This document shows, one piece after another, positions 17,726-27,301 of a stretch of DNA of 64,000 bases. A program made the position numbers and the translations under genes. The stretch is taken from contig NZMJ01000046.1 in assembly GCA_002692855.1 (NCBI GenBank), forward strand, positions 45,838-109,837. The letters are read 5' to 3'. Below the pieces are notes generated by a model, which was not told where the DNA came from, searched no databases, and worked only from the letters and a program-made list of their open reading frames with translations. The stretch's first letter is position 1. The number at the start of each line of letters is the position of its first letter. Source of the stretch: Maricaulis sp. (GTDB lineage: Bacteria; Pseudomonadota; Alphaproteobacteria; Caulobacterales; Maricaulaceae).

Positions 17726-18319
17726 ATGGCGAAAATTTGGTCCATCGGTGTGTTTTGCGGGTCCGCCTCCGGCGTCAGTCCCGCCTATGCCGCGAATGCG
17801 CGTGAAGCCGGCAGCGCGATTGCTGCCAAGGGCGCGAGGCTTGTCTATGGCGGCGGCGATGTCGGCCTGATGGCGGCGTCAGCGATGGCGGCGCTGGATG
17901 CCGGCGGCCCCGTGCTCGGGGTGATTCCCGAATTCATGATTTCCCGCGAAGGCCTGCTCGAAAAGGCCGAGACCCGGATCGTGACGACCATGTCGTCGCG
18001 CAAGAACATCCTGATCGCGGAATCCGATGGCTTCCTGATTCTCCCGGGCGGTGTCGGCACGCTGGAAGAAATCTTCGACGTCCTGTCGCGCAATCGGCTG
18101 GGCCTGCAGAAAAAGCCGGTCGCCTTCCTGAACATCGATGGATTCTGGGATCCGCTTTTCAAGCTGATGCGCAAGACAGAGGACGAGGGTTTCACGCCGC
18201 AAGGCTTCTCGGACGGTGTCCTGGTCGAAAGCGACCCGAAGACGGCTGTTGCCCACCTGCTTGAAGCGCTTGAAGCCAACCGGGACGAGTCCCAAGGGGC
18301 GGAGCAGTTGAATTTCTGA
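17726..18319 (+). CDS. LOG family protein (TIGR00730)
   Basis: VFCGS, LVYGGGDVGLM, PGGVGTLEE. Confidence 0.92.
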   Translation: MAKIWSIGVFCGSASGVSPAYAANAREAGSAIAAKGARLVYGGGDVGLMAASAMAALDAGGPVLGVIPEFMISREGLLEKAETRIVTTMSSRKNILIAESDGFLILPGGVGTLEEIFDVLSRNRLGLQKKPVAFLNIDGFWDPLFKLMRKTEDEGFTPQGFSDGVLVESDPKTAVAHLLEALEANRDESQGAEQLNF

Positions 18320-18568
18320 TTCCGCTTTCAACTGCAAGCTGATGAAATGGCAGAATATTTCGGATTTCGTTGTGACAGCTGCCGGTCGGCAAGTTGAATC
18401 AAACTGTGAGGCAAACTGCGCCCTTGAATCGAAATCTCAAGAGCACAGTTGATTCAAAATCTGAAGTCGACCGAAACGCTTGAATCAGTGCCTGAAGGCA
18501 GCGATTCACGATCTCGCTGGCAAGTGCCAACTGATTCACGGGATTCAGGAATTTCGGATCGCTGACTC
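18318..18568. promoter_or_regulatory. GANTC (CcrM site)-dense intergenic array
   Basis: GANTC starting at 18318, 18396, 18426, 18451, 18482, 18503, 18533, 18542 and 18564. Confidence 0.75.
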
Positions 18569-18596
18569 GCTGCACGAAGCAGCAAGGCCGGTCAGG

Positions 18597-19931
18597 TCAG
18601 CCGTTCAGACGGCTCAAGGCCCGTTCGCGGCCGATCAGCACCAGGAGCTTGTCCATTTCCGGGCCGTGGCTTTCGCCGGTCAGGGCGAGGCGAAGCGGCA
18701 TGAACAGCCCCCGGCCCTTGCGCCCGGTTTGCGCCTTGAGCTCCGACGTCCAGGCAGACCAGGATCCGGCATCCAGCGTTCCGGCAGGAAGGGCCTCGGC
18801 AGCGGTGGCGATGAAGTCCCGGTCTTCGTCCGCGACGACGGGCGTCACCGGACCTTCGATCAGATTGCGCAGGGTCACGGCGTCTTCGAGGCGATCCAGG
18901 TTCGGGCGCGCGGCTTCCCAGAATTCCGGGGTCACATCGACACCCATAGCTGACAGCCGGGACCGGACGCTCTCAAGCGGCGTTTCGTGCAGCAGGCGCG
19001 CATTCAGGCGCGTCAATTCCTCGGGGTCGAACCGGGCCGGAGCACGGGAAAATTTCGACAGGTCGAAATCGGCCGCCAGCGCTTCGATGGACAGGCGCGG
19101 CTCGACCGGATCGGACGTGCCGATCTTGGCGAGCAACGACAGGATCGTCATCGCCTCGATGCCTTCTTCGGCGAGACCAGAGATCGAGAGTGTCCCCAGC
19201 CGCTTGGACAGCTTCTCGCCGTCCGGCCCGACCAGAAGCGGGTGATGGCCCATATCGGGGGCCTTGCCGGCAATCGCCTCGAAAATCTCGATCTGGGCGC
19301 CCGAATTCGTCACATGGTCTTCGCCGCGAATGATTGCGGTGATGCCCGTGTCGATATCATCGATGACGCTCGGCAGCGTGTAGAGATAGCTGCCATCTTC
19401 GCGGATCAGGATCGGATCGGACAAGGACGCCGTGTCGATCGGCGTGTCGCCGCGCACGAGGTCGGTCCAGGTCACGGTCTTGCCGGACAATTTGAAGCGC
19501 CAATGCGGCTTGCGGCCTTCGGCCTCATAGGCCGCTTTCTGCGCATCCGTGAGCGTCAGGGCGGCGCGGTCATAAACCGGCGGCTTGCCCTGCGCGCGCT
19601 GAAGCTTGCGTTTGCGATCAAGCTCGTCGCCGGTCTCGTAGCACGGGTACAGCAGGCCGCGCTGGCGCAGGTCGTCCGCCACGGCGTCGTATCGCTCAAA
19701 GCGCTCGGACTGGCGGAAGGTCTCGTCCCAGTTCAGGCCCAGCCATTCCAGATCGGCCTTGATACCGTCCTCGAATGCCTTGGTGGACCGTTCCAGGTCC
19801 GTGTCGTCGATCCGCAGCACGAATTGCCCGCCCTGCCCCTTGGCATAGAGAAAGTTGGTCAGGGCGGTGCGGATATTCCCGACATGAAGCTTGCCGGTCG
19901 GGCTGGGGGCGAAACGAACTTTGGCGGACAT
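18597..19931 (-). CDS. gltX: Glutamate--tRNA ligase
   Basis: RFAPSPTGKLHVGN, LRIDDTD, IRGEDH, KLSKR, LFMPLRLALTG. Confidence 0.95.
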   Translation of the reverse strand: MSAKVRFAPSPTGKLHVGNIRTALTNFLYAKGQGGQFVLRIDDTDLERSTKAFEDGIKADLEWLGLNWDETFRQSERFERYDAVADDLRQRGLLYPCYETGDELDRKRKLQRAQGKPPVYDRAALTLTDAQKAAYEAEGRKPHWRFKLSGKTVTWTDLVRGDTPIDTASLSDPILIREDGSYLYTLPSVIDDIDTGITAIIRGEDHVTNSGAQIEIFEAIAGKAPDMGHHPLLVGPDGEKLSKRLGTLSISGLAEEGIEAMTILSLLAKIGTSDPVEPRLSIEALAADFDLSKFSRAPARFDPEELTRLNARLLHETPLESVRSRLSAMGVDVTPEFWEAARPNLDRLEDAVTLRNLIEGPVTPVVADEDRDFIATAAEALPAGTLDAGSWSAWTSELKAQTGRKGRGLFMPLRLALTGESHGPEMDKLLVLIGRERALSRLNG

Positions 19932-19936
19932 GGGGA

Positions 19937-21595
19937 TCAGGACTTTGTCTTGCTGGCGCGGAACTTGTTGGTGATGGGATAACGCCGGTCGCGGCCGAAA
20001 TTCTTCGGCCCGATCTTCACGCCCGGCGGCGCCTGGCGGCGCTTGTACTCGGCGCGATAGAGCATGTTTTCGATGCGCGCGACAGTGGCCGCGTCATGTC
20101 CCGCGGCGACCAGCGCCGCCGGATCGCCTTCCTGTTCGACCAGACATTCAAGGATCGCGTCGAGCGCGTCATAGTCCGGCAGCGTGTCCTGATCGGTCTG
20201 GTCGGGTTTCAGCTCAGCGCTCGGTGCCTTGGTGATGATCCGCTCCGGGATCACCTCGCCGACTGGTCCGAGCCCCACCGGGGCATTGAGGCCGTTGCGC
20301 CAGCGGGCCAGCGCATAAACCTCGGTCTTGTAGACGTCCTTCAGGGCGTTGTAGCCGCCATTCATGTCGCCATAGAGCGTGGCGTATCCGACCGCCATTT
20401 CCGACTTGTTGCCCGTCGAAAGCACCATCGGACCAAACTTGTTCGACAGTGCCATCAGCGTGACGCCGCGCACGCGCGACTGGATATTCTCCTCGCTGGC
20501 GTCAGGTTCGCGCCCGGTGAACACCGGCGCGAGCATGTCACCGAATGCGGCAATGGCCGGTTCGACATCGATGATGTCGTAGCGTACGCCCAGCGCCTCG
20601 GCGCAGGCCTTCGCGTCTTCGAGGCTGGCCTGCGAGGTGTATTTCGACGGCATCATCACCGCCCACACGCGGTCCGGGCCCAGAGCGTCAGCGGCAATCG
20701 CCGCGGAAATCGCAGAGTCGATCCCGCCCGACATGCCCAGCACCACGCCGGGAAAGCCGTTCTTGTTCACATAGTCGGCCAGCGCGAGCGTCATGGCGCG
20801 CCAGTCGGCATCCAGTCCGGCGACCGTGTCGGCGCGTTCAGCCCGGACGCAGTGCCAGACTCCGTCTTGCCGCTCCCAGTCCGCGATCCCGAGATCCGTG
20901 CCGAACCCATTCAGGCGCTGGACCTCGCGCCCTGTGGCGTCCCAGCTGAAGGACGCCCCGTCAAAGACCAATTCGTCCTGCCCGCCGACCTGATTGACGA
21001 AGATCAGCGGGATGGCGAGATCGGCCCAGCGCGTGAAGGCAGCCCGGCGGTCCGCCTCGATTGTCCGGCGCCACGGTGAGCCATTGATCGAGATGAACAG
21101 GTCTGCCCCCTGCCCCGCCAGATAGCGCGGCGAAGTCTCAAACCAGATGTCCTCGCAGATCGGCAGCCCCAACCGCACGCCGCGCCATTCGACCGGGGCC
21201 GGTAAAGGCCCGGCGTCAAACACCCGCTTTTCGTCGAACACGGCATAGTTCGGCAGTTCGTGCTTGAAACGCAGCGCCTGGACGGCCCCCTCATCGATCA
21301 GGGCAACCGCATTGTAGAGGCGTCCGTCATCGCGCCAGGGCAGCCCGACGAGCATGGCCGGTCCGGGCTCTGCGCACAGCGATTCCAGCGCCTCTGCGCA
21401 GGCCGCAACAGCAGCGGGTTTGAGGACCAGGTCCTCGGGCGGGTAGCCGATCAGGGTAAGCTCGGGGAAGACAACGAGGTCCGCGCGCGCATCAGCGGCC
21501 TGGCGGCGGCATGCGCGCACGAGGTCCAGATTGCCGGCCACATCGCCGACAATGGGATTGATCTGGGCTGAGGCAATACGGAGCGTCGAAGTCAT
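19937..21595 (-). CDS. nadE: Glutamine-dependent NAD+ synthetase
   Basis: Nitrilase domain (FPEL, ICEDIW) plus SGGIDSA, TGNKSE, YKRRQAPPG. Confidence 0.95.
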   Translation of the reverse strand: MTSTLRIASAQINPIVGDVAGNLDLVRACRRQAADARADLVVFPELTLIGYPPEDLVLKPAAVAACAEALESLCAEPGPAMLVGLPWRDDGRLYNAVALIDEGAVQALRFKHELPNYAVFDEKRVFDAGPLPAPVEWRGVRLGLPICEDIWFETSPRYLAGQGADLFISINGSPWRRTIEADRRAAFTRWADLAIPLIFVNQVGGQDELVFDGASFSWDATGREVQRLNGFGTDLGIADWERQDGVWHCVRAERADTVAGLDADWRAMTLALADYVNKNGFPGVVLGMSGGIDSAISAAIAADALGPDRVWAVMMPSKYTSQASLEDAKACAEALGVRYDIIDVEPAIAAFGDMLAPVFTGREPDASEENIQSRVRGVTLMALSNKFGPMVLSTGNKSEMAVGYATLYGDMNGGYNALKDVYKTEVYALARWRNGLNAPVGLGPVGEVIPERIITKAPSAELKPDQTDQDTLPDYDALDAILECLVEQEGDPAALVAAGHDAATVARIENMLYRAEYKRRQAPPGVKIGPKNFGRDRRYPITNKFRASKTKS

Positions 21596-21623
21596 GGGCG
21601 CGCCTTTAGACCCGGTGGCACGT

Positions 21624-22547
21624 TCAGGCAACCGCGAGGCGATCAATATCCCGCGCCACCTGAAGCGCGGCGAGCCCGGCCTCCGCGGGCACCGCAACCG
21701 GTGCGCCATCGAGAACCGACGCCAGGAAGGCATTCACATTCGCACCGAGCGAATCTTTGGCCTGCGGATTGTCGCCGAAATCAGGATCGAGCAGGAAGCC
21801 GGTGGTATTCTTGAAGGTCTTCTTCACGAAGTCGATTTCCAGTGCACCCGAGCGGTATTCGATCCGCATCGTGCGATCGAGCGCTTCGGCAACCCGGCTG
21901 GAGGTCAGGTCGGCCACATAGCCGTTGGCAAAGGTCAAAACGGTGTGCGCAACGTCTGCAGACGTGTTGGACACGAGCCGGGCTTCCGCCTCCATCCGGT
22001 CCAGCGGCGCCTGTGCGAGCGCAATGGCCAGGTCGAGATCATGGATCATCAAGTCGACCGTCACGGAGACGTCGAGATTGCGCGTTGACGGAACGCCCAT
22101 CCTCCGCGCGGTCACACGCAGCGGCACTTCCGCGATATCGAACAATCCCATGGCACGAAACACGAAGCGTTCCTGGTGTCCGACCTGGATCACCCGCCGC
22201 CCCGCTTCGGCCAGCGCGATCAGCTCACGGCCCCGTATCGCGGTGTCGGCCAGCGGCTTTTCGCACAGGATGTGGCAGCCGGCCTCGAGCGCCAGCCTGG
22301 CAGTGTCGTAGTGGGCGATGGCGGGATTGGCGATGGTCACCGCTTCGCACGCCTCTGCCAGTGCCAGCGGGCTGTCAAACGCCTTCACGCCCAGATCGGC
22401 GGCGAGTGCCTCGGCGCGTCCCGCATGGATATCGTAGACGCCGACGAGCTCGGCGCGATCCGATGCCGCGTATTTGCGCGCATGGTGACCGCCGAACACG
22501 CCGGCACCAAAAACGCCGGTTTTCAGGGATGTGGTTTTCGTAGCCAT
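21624..22547 (-). CDS. Gfo/Idh/MocA family oxidoreductase
   Basis: GVFGAGVFG, CEKPLA, VGHQERF, DLMIHDLD. Confidence 0.9.
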   Translation of the reverse strand: MATKTTSLKTGVFGAGVFGGHHARKYAASDRAELVGVYDIHAGRAEALAADLGVKAFDSPLALAEACEAVTIANPAIAHYDTARLALEAGCHILCEKPLADTAIRGRELIALAEAGRRVIQVGHQERFVFRAMGLFDIAEVPLRVTARRMGVPSTRNLDVSVTVDLMIHDLDLAIALAQAPLDRMEAEARLVSNTSADVAHTVLTFANGYVADLTSSRVAEALDRTMRIEYRSGALEIDFVKKTFKNTTGFLLDPDFGDNPQAKDSLGANVNAFLASVLDGAPVAVPAEAGLAALQVARDIDRLAVA

Positions 22548-22675
22548 CGTGTCGGCGCACCTCGCATGAGCGCAGTCTTGGCACAATAACGGCCTGCATC
22601 AATCATTGTTGCGCTTTCTGGCAGGCTTGCCCCCGCGCCACACAGCCCTAGGATCACCTGCTGACGAGGGAAACG

Positions 22676-23473
22676 ATGGCGGATTCGAACAAGCCAGACG
22701 ATACGCGGCCGACGCGCGCCGATGCCGATGATGTCGCCGACGCGATGATCGGCGTTGATACGCGCATTTTCCGGACCATCTGGGACACGCTGGTCCATAC
22801 GCCGCGCGTTCTGCAAGCCGCCTATGAGGGTGACCGCGACCGCTACATACCCATTATCCGGTTATTCCTGGTCCTGTTTGGCCTGCAATTCGCGATCATG
22901 GCCTTTGTGGGCGTCCCCACTGCGATGACCACCGAGATGTTCGTGGGCCAAAGCCAGTCGGGCGGTCAGGACGTGGCACTGTGGCTGGAGACCGAGGGTC
23001 TGGACCAGGACGAGGTCGATCAGGACCTGGAGCGCGCCGCCAGCCTGACCATCACGCTGCTGACCGTCTTGTCGGCTCTGCCCTATCTCCTGATCTTCAA
23101 GGCCTATCGCCCGAAACGATCATTCTACGGGCATTTGCTGACCTATCTTCTGACCACGAATGTTTCCTATATCGTCATGCTACCGCTATCGGCCTTCGCC
23201 GTCTTCGGCGACTTCATGACGTGGTATGTGATCTCGATGGTCGTCGGGATTATCGCCTACTTCGTGGCGACCGCGCGCGTATTCTCGTCCCACTACGCCC
23301 ACACGACACTCGGCGTCATTTTCAAGACGCTCGGCGTCATCGTACTGTTGCCGATCACCTTCCTGATTGTCGGGCTGGGGCAATTCGCGGTTGCCGAATT
23401 GACGCTGCGAATCTTCCACGATGCGTCCTTCATCGATTTGTTCAGAACCAGTTTGGAGCTTCAGAGCCAATGA
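22676..23473 (+). CDS. DUF3667-like multi-pass membrane protein
   Basis: DTRIFRTIWDTLVHTPRV...GDRDRYIPIIRLFL followed by several TM helices. Confidence 0.6.
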   Translation: MADSNKPDDTRPTRADADDVADAMIGVDTRIFRTIWDTLVHTPRVLQAAYEGDRDRYIPIIRLFLVLFGLQFAIMAFVGVPTAMTTEMFVGQSQSGGQDVALWLETEGLDQDEVDQDLERAASLTITLLTVLSALPYLLIFKAYRPKRSFYGHLLTYLLTTNVSYIVMLPLSAFAVFGDFMTWYVISMVVGIIAYFVATARVFSSHYAHTTLGVIFKTLGVIVLLPITFLIVGLGQFAVAELTLRIFHDASFIDLFRTSLELQSQ

Positions 23474-24465
23474 AATCCCGTGAAATCCACCTGACCGCCT
23501 ACCCCAAGGGAGAACCCGGCCCTGACAATTTCGAACTGGCGGAGGTCGACATCGTAGCGCCGGGCAATGGCGAAGTCCTCGTTCAGAACCGCTGGCTCTC
23601 GGTTGACCCCTACATGCGCGGCCGCATGAGCGGCATGCGGACCTATGTTGATCCGTTCCAGATCGGGCAGGCGATGGAAGGTGGCGCAGTCGGGGAAGTG
23701 ATCGAAAGCAACAACCCGAAATTCGCCAAGGGCGACTGGGTGATGTCGATGCAGGGCTGGCGCGAGGCCTATCTCAGCGACGGCAAGGGACTGCAGAAGA
23801 TCGACACCAGCCTCCTGCCACCCCAGGCCTATCTGCACATCGCCGGACTGACGGGCATGACAGCCTATGTCGGTCTGAAGCGGATGATCGACCTTAAGGA
23901 AGGCGAGACCTTGTGGATGTCTGCCGGCGCAGGTGCGGTCGGCTCGGCCGGCATCCAGTTCGCCAAGGCGATGGGCGCGAAGGTTGTCGCCACCGCGGGC
24001 GGCAAGGAAAAGTGCGACTTCTGTCTCGAACTCGGTGCGGACGCGGTCGTCGACTACAAACAGACCGACTATCTGGCCAAGTCCGTTCGCGAAGCTGCTG
24101 GTGGCGGCGTTGACGCCTATTTCGAGAATGTGGGCGGCACGCACTGGACCGCCGCCCTCGAAGTGCTCAAGCCCAAGGGGCGGATCGCCGTCTGCGGCAT
24201 GATCCAGCGTTATAATGACGCCAGCGCCCAGCCGATGCCGGACAACCTGACGAATATCATCGCAAAATCGCTCCGCGTGCAGGGCTTCATCGTCAGCGAT
24301 CACATGGACCTGCTGGGTGACTTCATGACCGACCTGTCCAGCTGGATGATGGCCGGAAAGATCCAGACCCGTGAGACGGTCAAGGACGGGATCGAATCCA
24401 CGCCGGACGCCTTCCTGGGACTGTTCCGGGGCGAGAACTTCGGAAAGATGCTGGTCAAGCTGTGA
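23470..24465 (+). CDS. NADP-dependent oxidoreductase (prostaglandin reductase/CurA-like MDR)
   Basis: LSVDPYMRGRM, GAGAVGS, YFENVGG, GRIAVCGMI, GENFGKMLVKL; ATGA overlap with upstream gene. Confidence 0.92.
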   Translation: MKSREIHLTAYPKGEPGPDNFELAEVDIVAPGNGEVLVQNRWLSVDPYMRGRMSGMRTYVDPFQIGQAMEGGAVGEVIESNNPKFAKGDWVMSMQGWREAYLSDGKGLQKIDTSLLPPQAYLHIAGLTGMTAYVGLKRMIDLKEGETLWMSAGAGAVGSAGIQFAKAMGAKVVATAGGKEKCDFCLELGADAVVDYKQTDYLAKSVREAAGGGVDAYFENVGGTHWTAALEVLKPKGRIAVCGMIQRYNDASAQPMPDNLTNIIAKSLRVQGFIVSDHMDLLGDFMTDLSSWMMAGKIQTRETVKDGIESTPDAFLGLFRGENFGKMLVKL

Positions 24466-25190
24466 GTCAGCCCGACGCACGAAAGGACGAAACCGAGGAC
24501 TTCCTGGAGGACATCCTCGGTTTCAACTTTCGTTCGCTTCGGACCTTGCGCGACCTGCTCATCCGGCCACGCCGGGTGTTCGAGACTTATGCCGTTCGCG
24601 ACCGCGAGACCTATACGCCCTCATTGCGCCTGTGGCTGGGCATCATCAGTATCCAGGTCCTGTTTTCAGTGATCTGGGGCGGCTATGGCGGGATCCTGCT
24701 GTCCCAATGGCAAAGCCAGCCCGAATCCACCATCGCCTCCATCGAGACCGCGATGGGCGGTTCGATCGAAGCAATCGCCGGTTATTACGGTGATGTCGCC
24801 ACATTGCTGCATGCCATTGTCGTCGGAGGCAGCACCGCGTTTTCGGCTTTCCTGATCGGGGTCTTCAACAAGTCACTGAGCTGGGCGGCGCGGATCAACA
24901 TCACATTTGGAATCCTTACGGCCGCGTCCGTGATCGGGCTTCTGATGTTGATTGTCGCGGCCATCACCGGAACGATGGCGTTTCTCAACTGGTCGATCGC
25001 ACTGATCGCGCTGATCTACTGGATCACATTTGCCCGCGGGGCGCCGGGCATCCTTGCACGGTCGCGAACCGGAGCGGTGCTGAAAGGTGCGTTGTTCTCA
25101 TTCGTCACGATGTTGCTGGTGCTGCTCGGCGGTGCCGTTATGGCGATTATCGGTTTCGTTTACGCCGCCATCCGCATCAACGGCGGGTAA
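24462..25190 (+). CDS. DUF3667-like membrane protein (paralog of 22676-23473)
   Basis: NFRSLRTLRDLLIRPRRVF...DRETYTPSLRLWL followed by TM helices; GTGA overlap. Confidence 0.6.
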   Translation: MSQPDARKDETEDFLEDILGFNFRSLRTLRDLLIRPRRVFETYAVRDRETYTPSLRLWLGIISIQVLFSVIWGGYGGILLSQWQSQPESTIASIETAMGGSIEAIAGYYGDVATLLHAIVVGGSTAFSAFLIGVFNKSLSWAARINITFGILTAASVIGLLMLIVAAITGTMAFLNWSIALIALIYWITFARGAPGILARSRTGAVLKGALFSFVTMLLVLLGGAVMAIIGFVYAAIRINGG

Positions 25191-25368
25191 CCCGGCCCAG
25201 CACGAATCCGCCAGCGATTGCGCCCGCCAGTTCAGGCCAGGGCGCAGCACTCCCGACATAGCTCAGGAAGAAATAGACCGTCACGGCGGCGAGAATCGCA
25301 GCCGGAACGCCGCGAATCGCTCCGCCAGCAGAAGGCTTCAAAGGTCGTGGTTCAGGGCGGTACACCAT
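25177..25368 (-). CDS. Small hypothetical two-TM membrane protein
   Basis: 63 aa with two hydrophobic segments; fills an otherwise empty gap. Confidence 0.4.
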   Translation of the reverse strand: MVYRPEPRPLKPSAGGAIRGVPAAILAAVTVYFFLSYVGSAAPWPELAGAIAGGFVLGRVTRR

Positions 25369-25576
25369 TCATAAACCATCGCAAGACCCGCGCCGGAGCG
25401 CCTATTATGCGTTTTTTCACCGAAAAAGCATGGATTCATGCGGTTGAGCGGCCCAAATCCCTTGCCAACAAAGGCTGCCCCGTCCTCAATGCCTCTCGTA
25501 AACAAGGAACCGTTTCTACCGCCGGGACACTTCCGGTTGCAGAACGACCATCAATCATTTGGGGGAGTCCCTGACC

Positions 25577-25843
25577 ATGAACAAATCCGATCTCGCGAAA
25601 GCGGTTGCCGACGCCACTGGCCTGTCCAAGTCGCAAGCGTCTGACGCCGTCGATGCGACCGTCAACGCCATCGTTGGTTCGGTGAAGAAGAAGGACAGCG
25701 TCCAGCTGGCCGGCTTCGGCACCTTCTACGCCAAGCACCGCGATGCCCGTCAGGTCCGCAACCCGCGTACGGGTGAGACGATGATGTCGAAAGCCAAGAC
25801 GTCGGCGGCCTTCCGTCCGGCAGCTTCGCTGAAGGACATCTGA
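25577..25843 (+). CDS. hup: HU family DNA-binding protein
   Basis: MNKSDLAKAVA, VQLAGFGTF, RNPRTGE, FRPAASLK. Confidence 0.93.
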   Translation: MNKSDLAKAVADATGLSKSQASDAVDATVNAIVGSVKKKDSVQLAGFGTFYAKHRDARQVRNPRTGETMMSKAKTSAAFRPAASLKDI

Positions 25844-25868
25844 TCCGGACTACCGGTCACGTGTTTGG

Positions 25869-25904
25869 AAAACGCCGCTCCCATCGGGGGCGGCGTTTTT
25901 CTTT
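25869..25904 (+). terminator. Rho-independent, probably bidirectional terminator
   Basis: AAAACGCCGCTCC-catc-GGGGGCGGCGTTTT then TCTTT, between convergent HU and DAHP synthase genes. Confidence 0.85.
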
Positions 25905-25929
25905 GCTCTGCATCGCAGGGTGTGGCGGA

Positions 25930-27300
25930 TCAGGCGGCGTTTTCTGAACGAGCCTGACGCGCGCGCTTGATCGATTCCGAAATCCGGAACGCCATGTCGA
26001 GCGCCTGGTCGGCGTTCAGACGCGGATCGCAATGCGTGTGATAGCGCGACGACAGGTCCGCCTCGGTGACAGCCCTGGCCCCGCCCACGCATTCCGTGAC
26101 ATTGCGGCCGGTCAGTTCGAAGTGAACGCCGCCGGGATAGCCGCCTTCCCCGCTGACCGCTTCCATGAAGCCTTCCAGCTCCATGACGATCCGGTCGAAA
26201 TCACGGGTCTTGTATCCGCTATTGGTCTTGACCGTGTTGCCGTGCATCGGGTCACACGACCACACGACGCTGCGGCCTTCGCGTTCGACCGCTCGCACCA
26301 GCACAGGCAGCCGGTCGCGAACCTTGTCCGCCCCCATCCGGGTGATCAGCACCAGGCGTCCGGCCTCATTGTCCGGGTTCAGGCGGTCGATCAGCGTCAG
26401 CAATTCATCGGGCGTGATCGTCGGACCGCATTTCAGGCCGATCGGGTTGGAAATGCCGCGCATGTATTCGACATGGGCCCCGTCAGGCTGCCGGGTCCGC
26501 TCGCCGATCCACAACATGTGCGCGGACGAGGCGAGCCATTGACCGGTCGCCGAGTCGCGGCGCGTCAGCGCCTCCTCGAACGGCAGGTGCAGCGCTTCGT
26601 GGCTGGTGTAGAAATCCACGCCTTCCAGGCTGCGCGCGGAATCGCCTGAGACGCCGCAGGCCCGCATGAAATTGAGTGCTTCGGAAATGCGCTCGGCCAT
26701 CTCCGCATATCGTTCACTGGCTGGCAGATCCTTGACGAATTCCAGCGTCCATTGGTGAACGTTGTTGAGGTCGGCATAGCCGCCCGAAGCGAACGCACGC
26801 AGCAGGTTCAGGGTCGATGCCGACTGGTCATAGGCTTTCAGCAAGCGCGACGGATCGGGGATCCGGGCACCGGACTCGAACGCCATGTCGTTGACACTGT
26901 CGCCGCGATAGCTTGGCAACGACTGGCCGTCCTTTTCCTCAAAGCCGCTGGAGCGCGGCTTGGTGAACTGGCCTGCAATACGGCCCACCTTCACGACCGG
27001 GCGTGAAGCCGCGAAGGTCAGCACCACAGCCATCTGCAACAATACGCGAAACGTGTCGCGTACACCGTCGGCAGAGAATTCCTTGAAGCTTTCGGCGCAG
27101 TCCCCGCCCTGGAGCAGGAAGGCTCGGCCCGCAGCAACCTCGGCCAGCTGGCGTTTCAGCCGCCGGGCTTCACCGCCGAACACCAGGGGCGGCCGCCCGG
27201 ACAGCTCCGCTTCGACCCGCGTCAGCGCATCGGCATCGGGATAATCCGGCAATTGCTGCGCCGGGCGCGAACGCCACGAAGACGGAATCCAGGCTGACAC
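25930..27300 (-). CDS. 3-deoxy-7-phosphoheptulonate (DAHP) synthase class II
   Basis: [49 protein letters not shown]. Confidence 0.95.
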   Translation of the reverse strand: MSAWIPSSWRSRPAQQLPDYPDADALTRVEAELSGRPPLVFGGEARRLKRQLAEVAAGRAFLLQGGDCAESFKEFSADGVRDTFRVLLQMAVVLTFAASRPVVKVGRIAGQFTKPRSSGFEEKDGQSLPSYRGDSVNDMAFESGARIPDPSRLLKAYDQSASTLNLLRAFASGGYADLNNVHQWTLEFVKDLPASERYAEMAERISEALNFMRACGVSGDSARSLEGVDFYTSHEALHLPFEEALTRRDSATGQWLASSAHMLWIGERTRQPDGAHVEYMRGISNPIGLKCGPTITPDELLTLIDRLNPDNEAGRLVLITRMGADKVRDRLPVLVRAVEREGRSVVWSCDPMHGNTVKTNSGYKTRDFDRIVMELEGFMEAVSGEGGYPGGVHFELTGRNVTECVGGARAVTEADLSSRYHTHCDPRLNADQALDMAFRISESIKRARQARSENAA

Positions 27301-27301
27301 G

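Noticed and set aside
18318-18596. GANTC cluster as the replication origin
   Set aside because: No good DnaA box (best is TGATTCACG, two mismatches to TGATCCACA), no CtrA boxes, and no hemE/dnaA/parAB context
18480-18953. 157-aa plus-strand ORF starting inside the GANTC array
   Set aside because: Mostly antisense to gltX, TTG start, no recognisable motif
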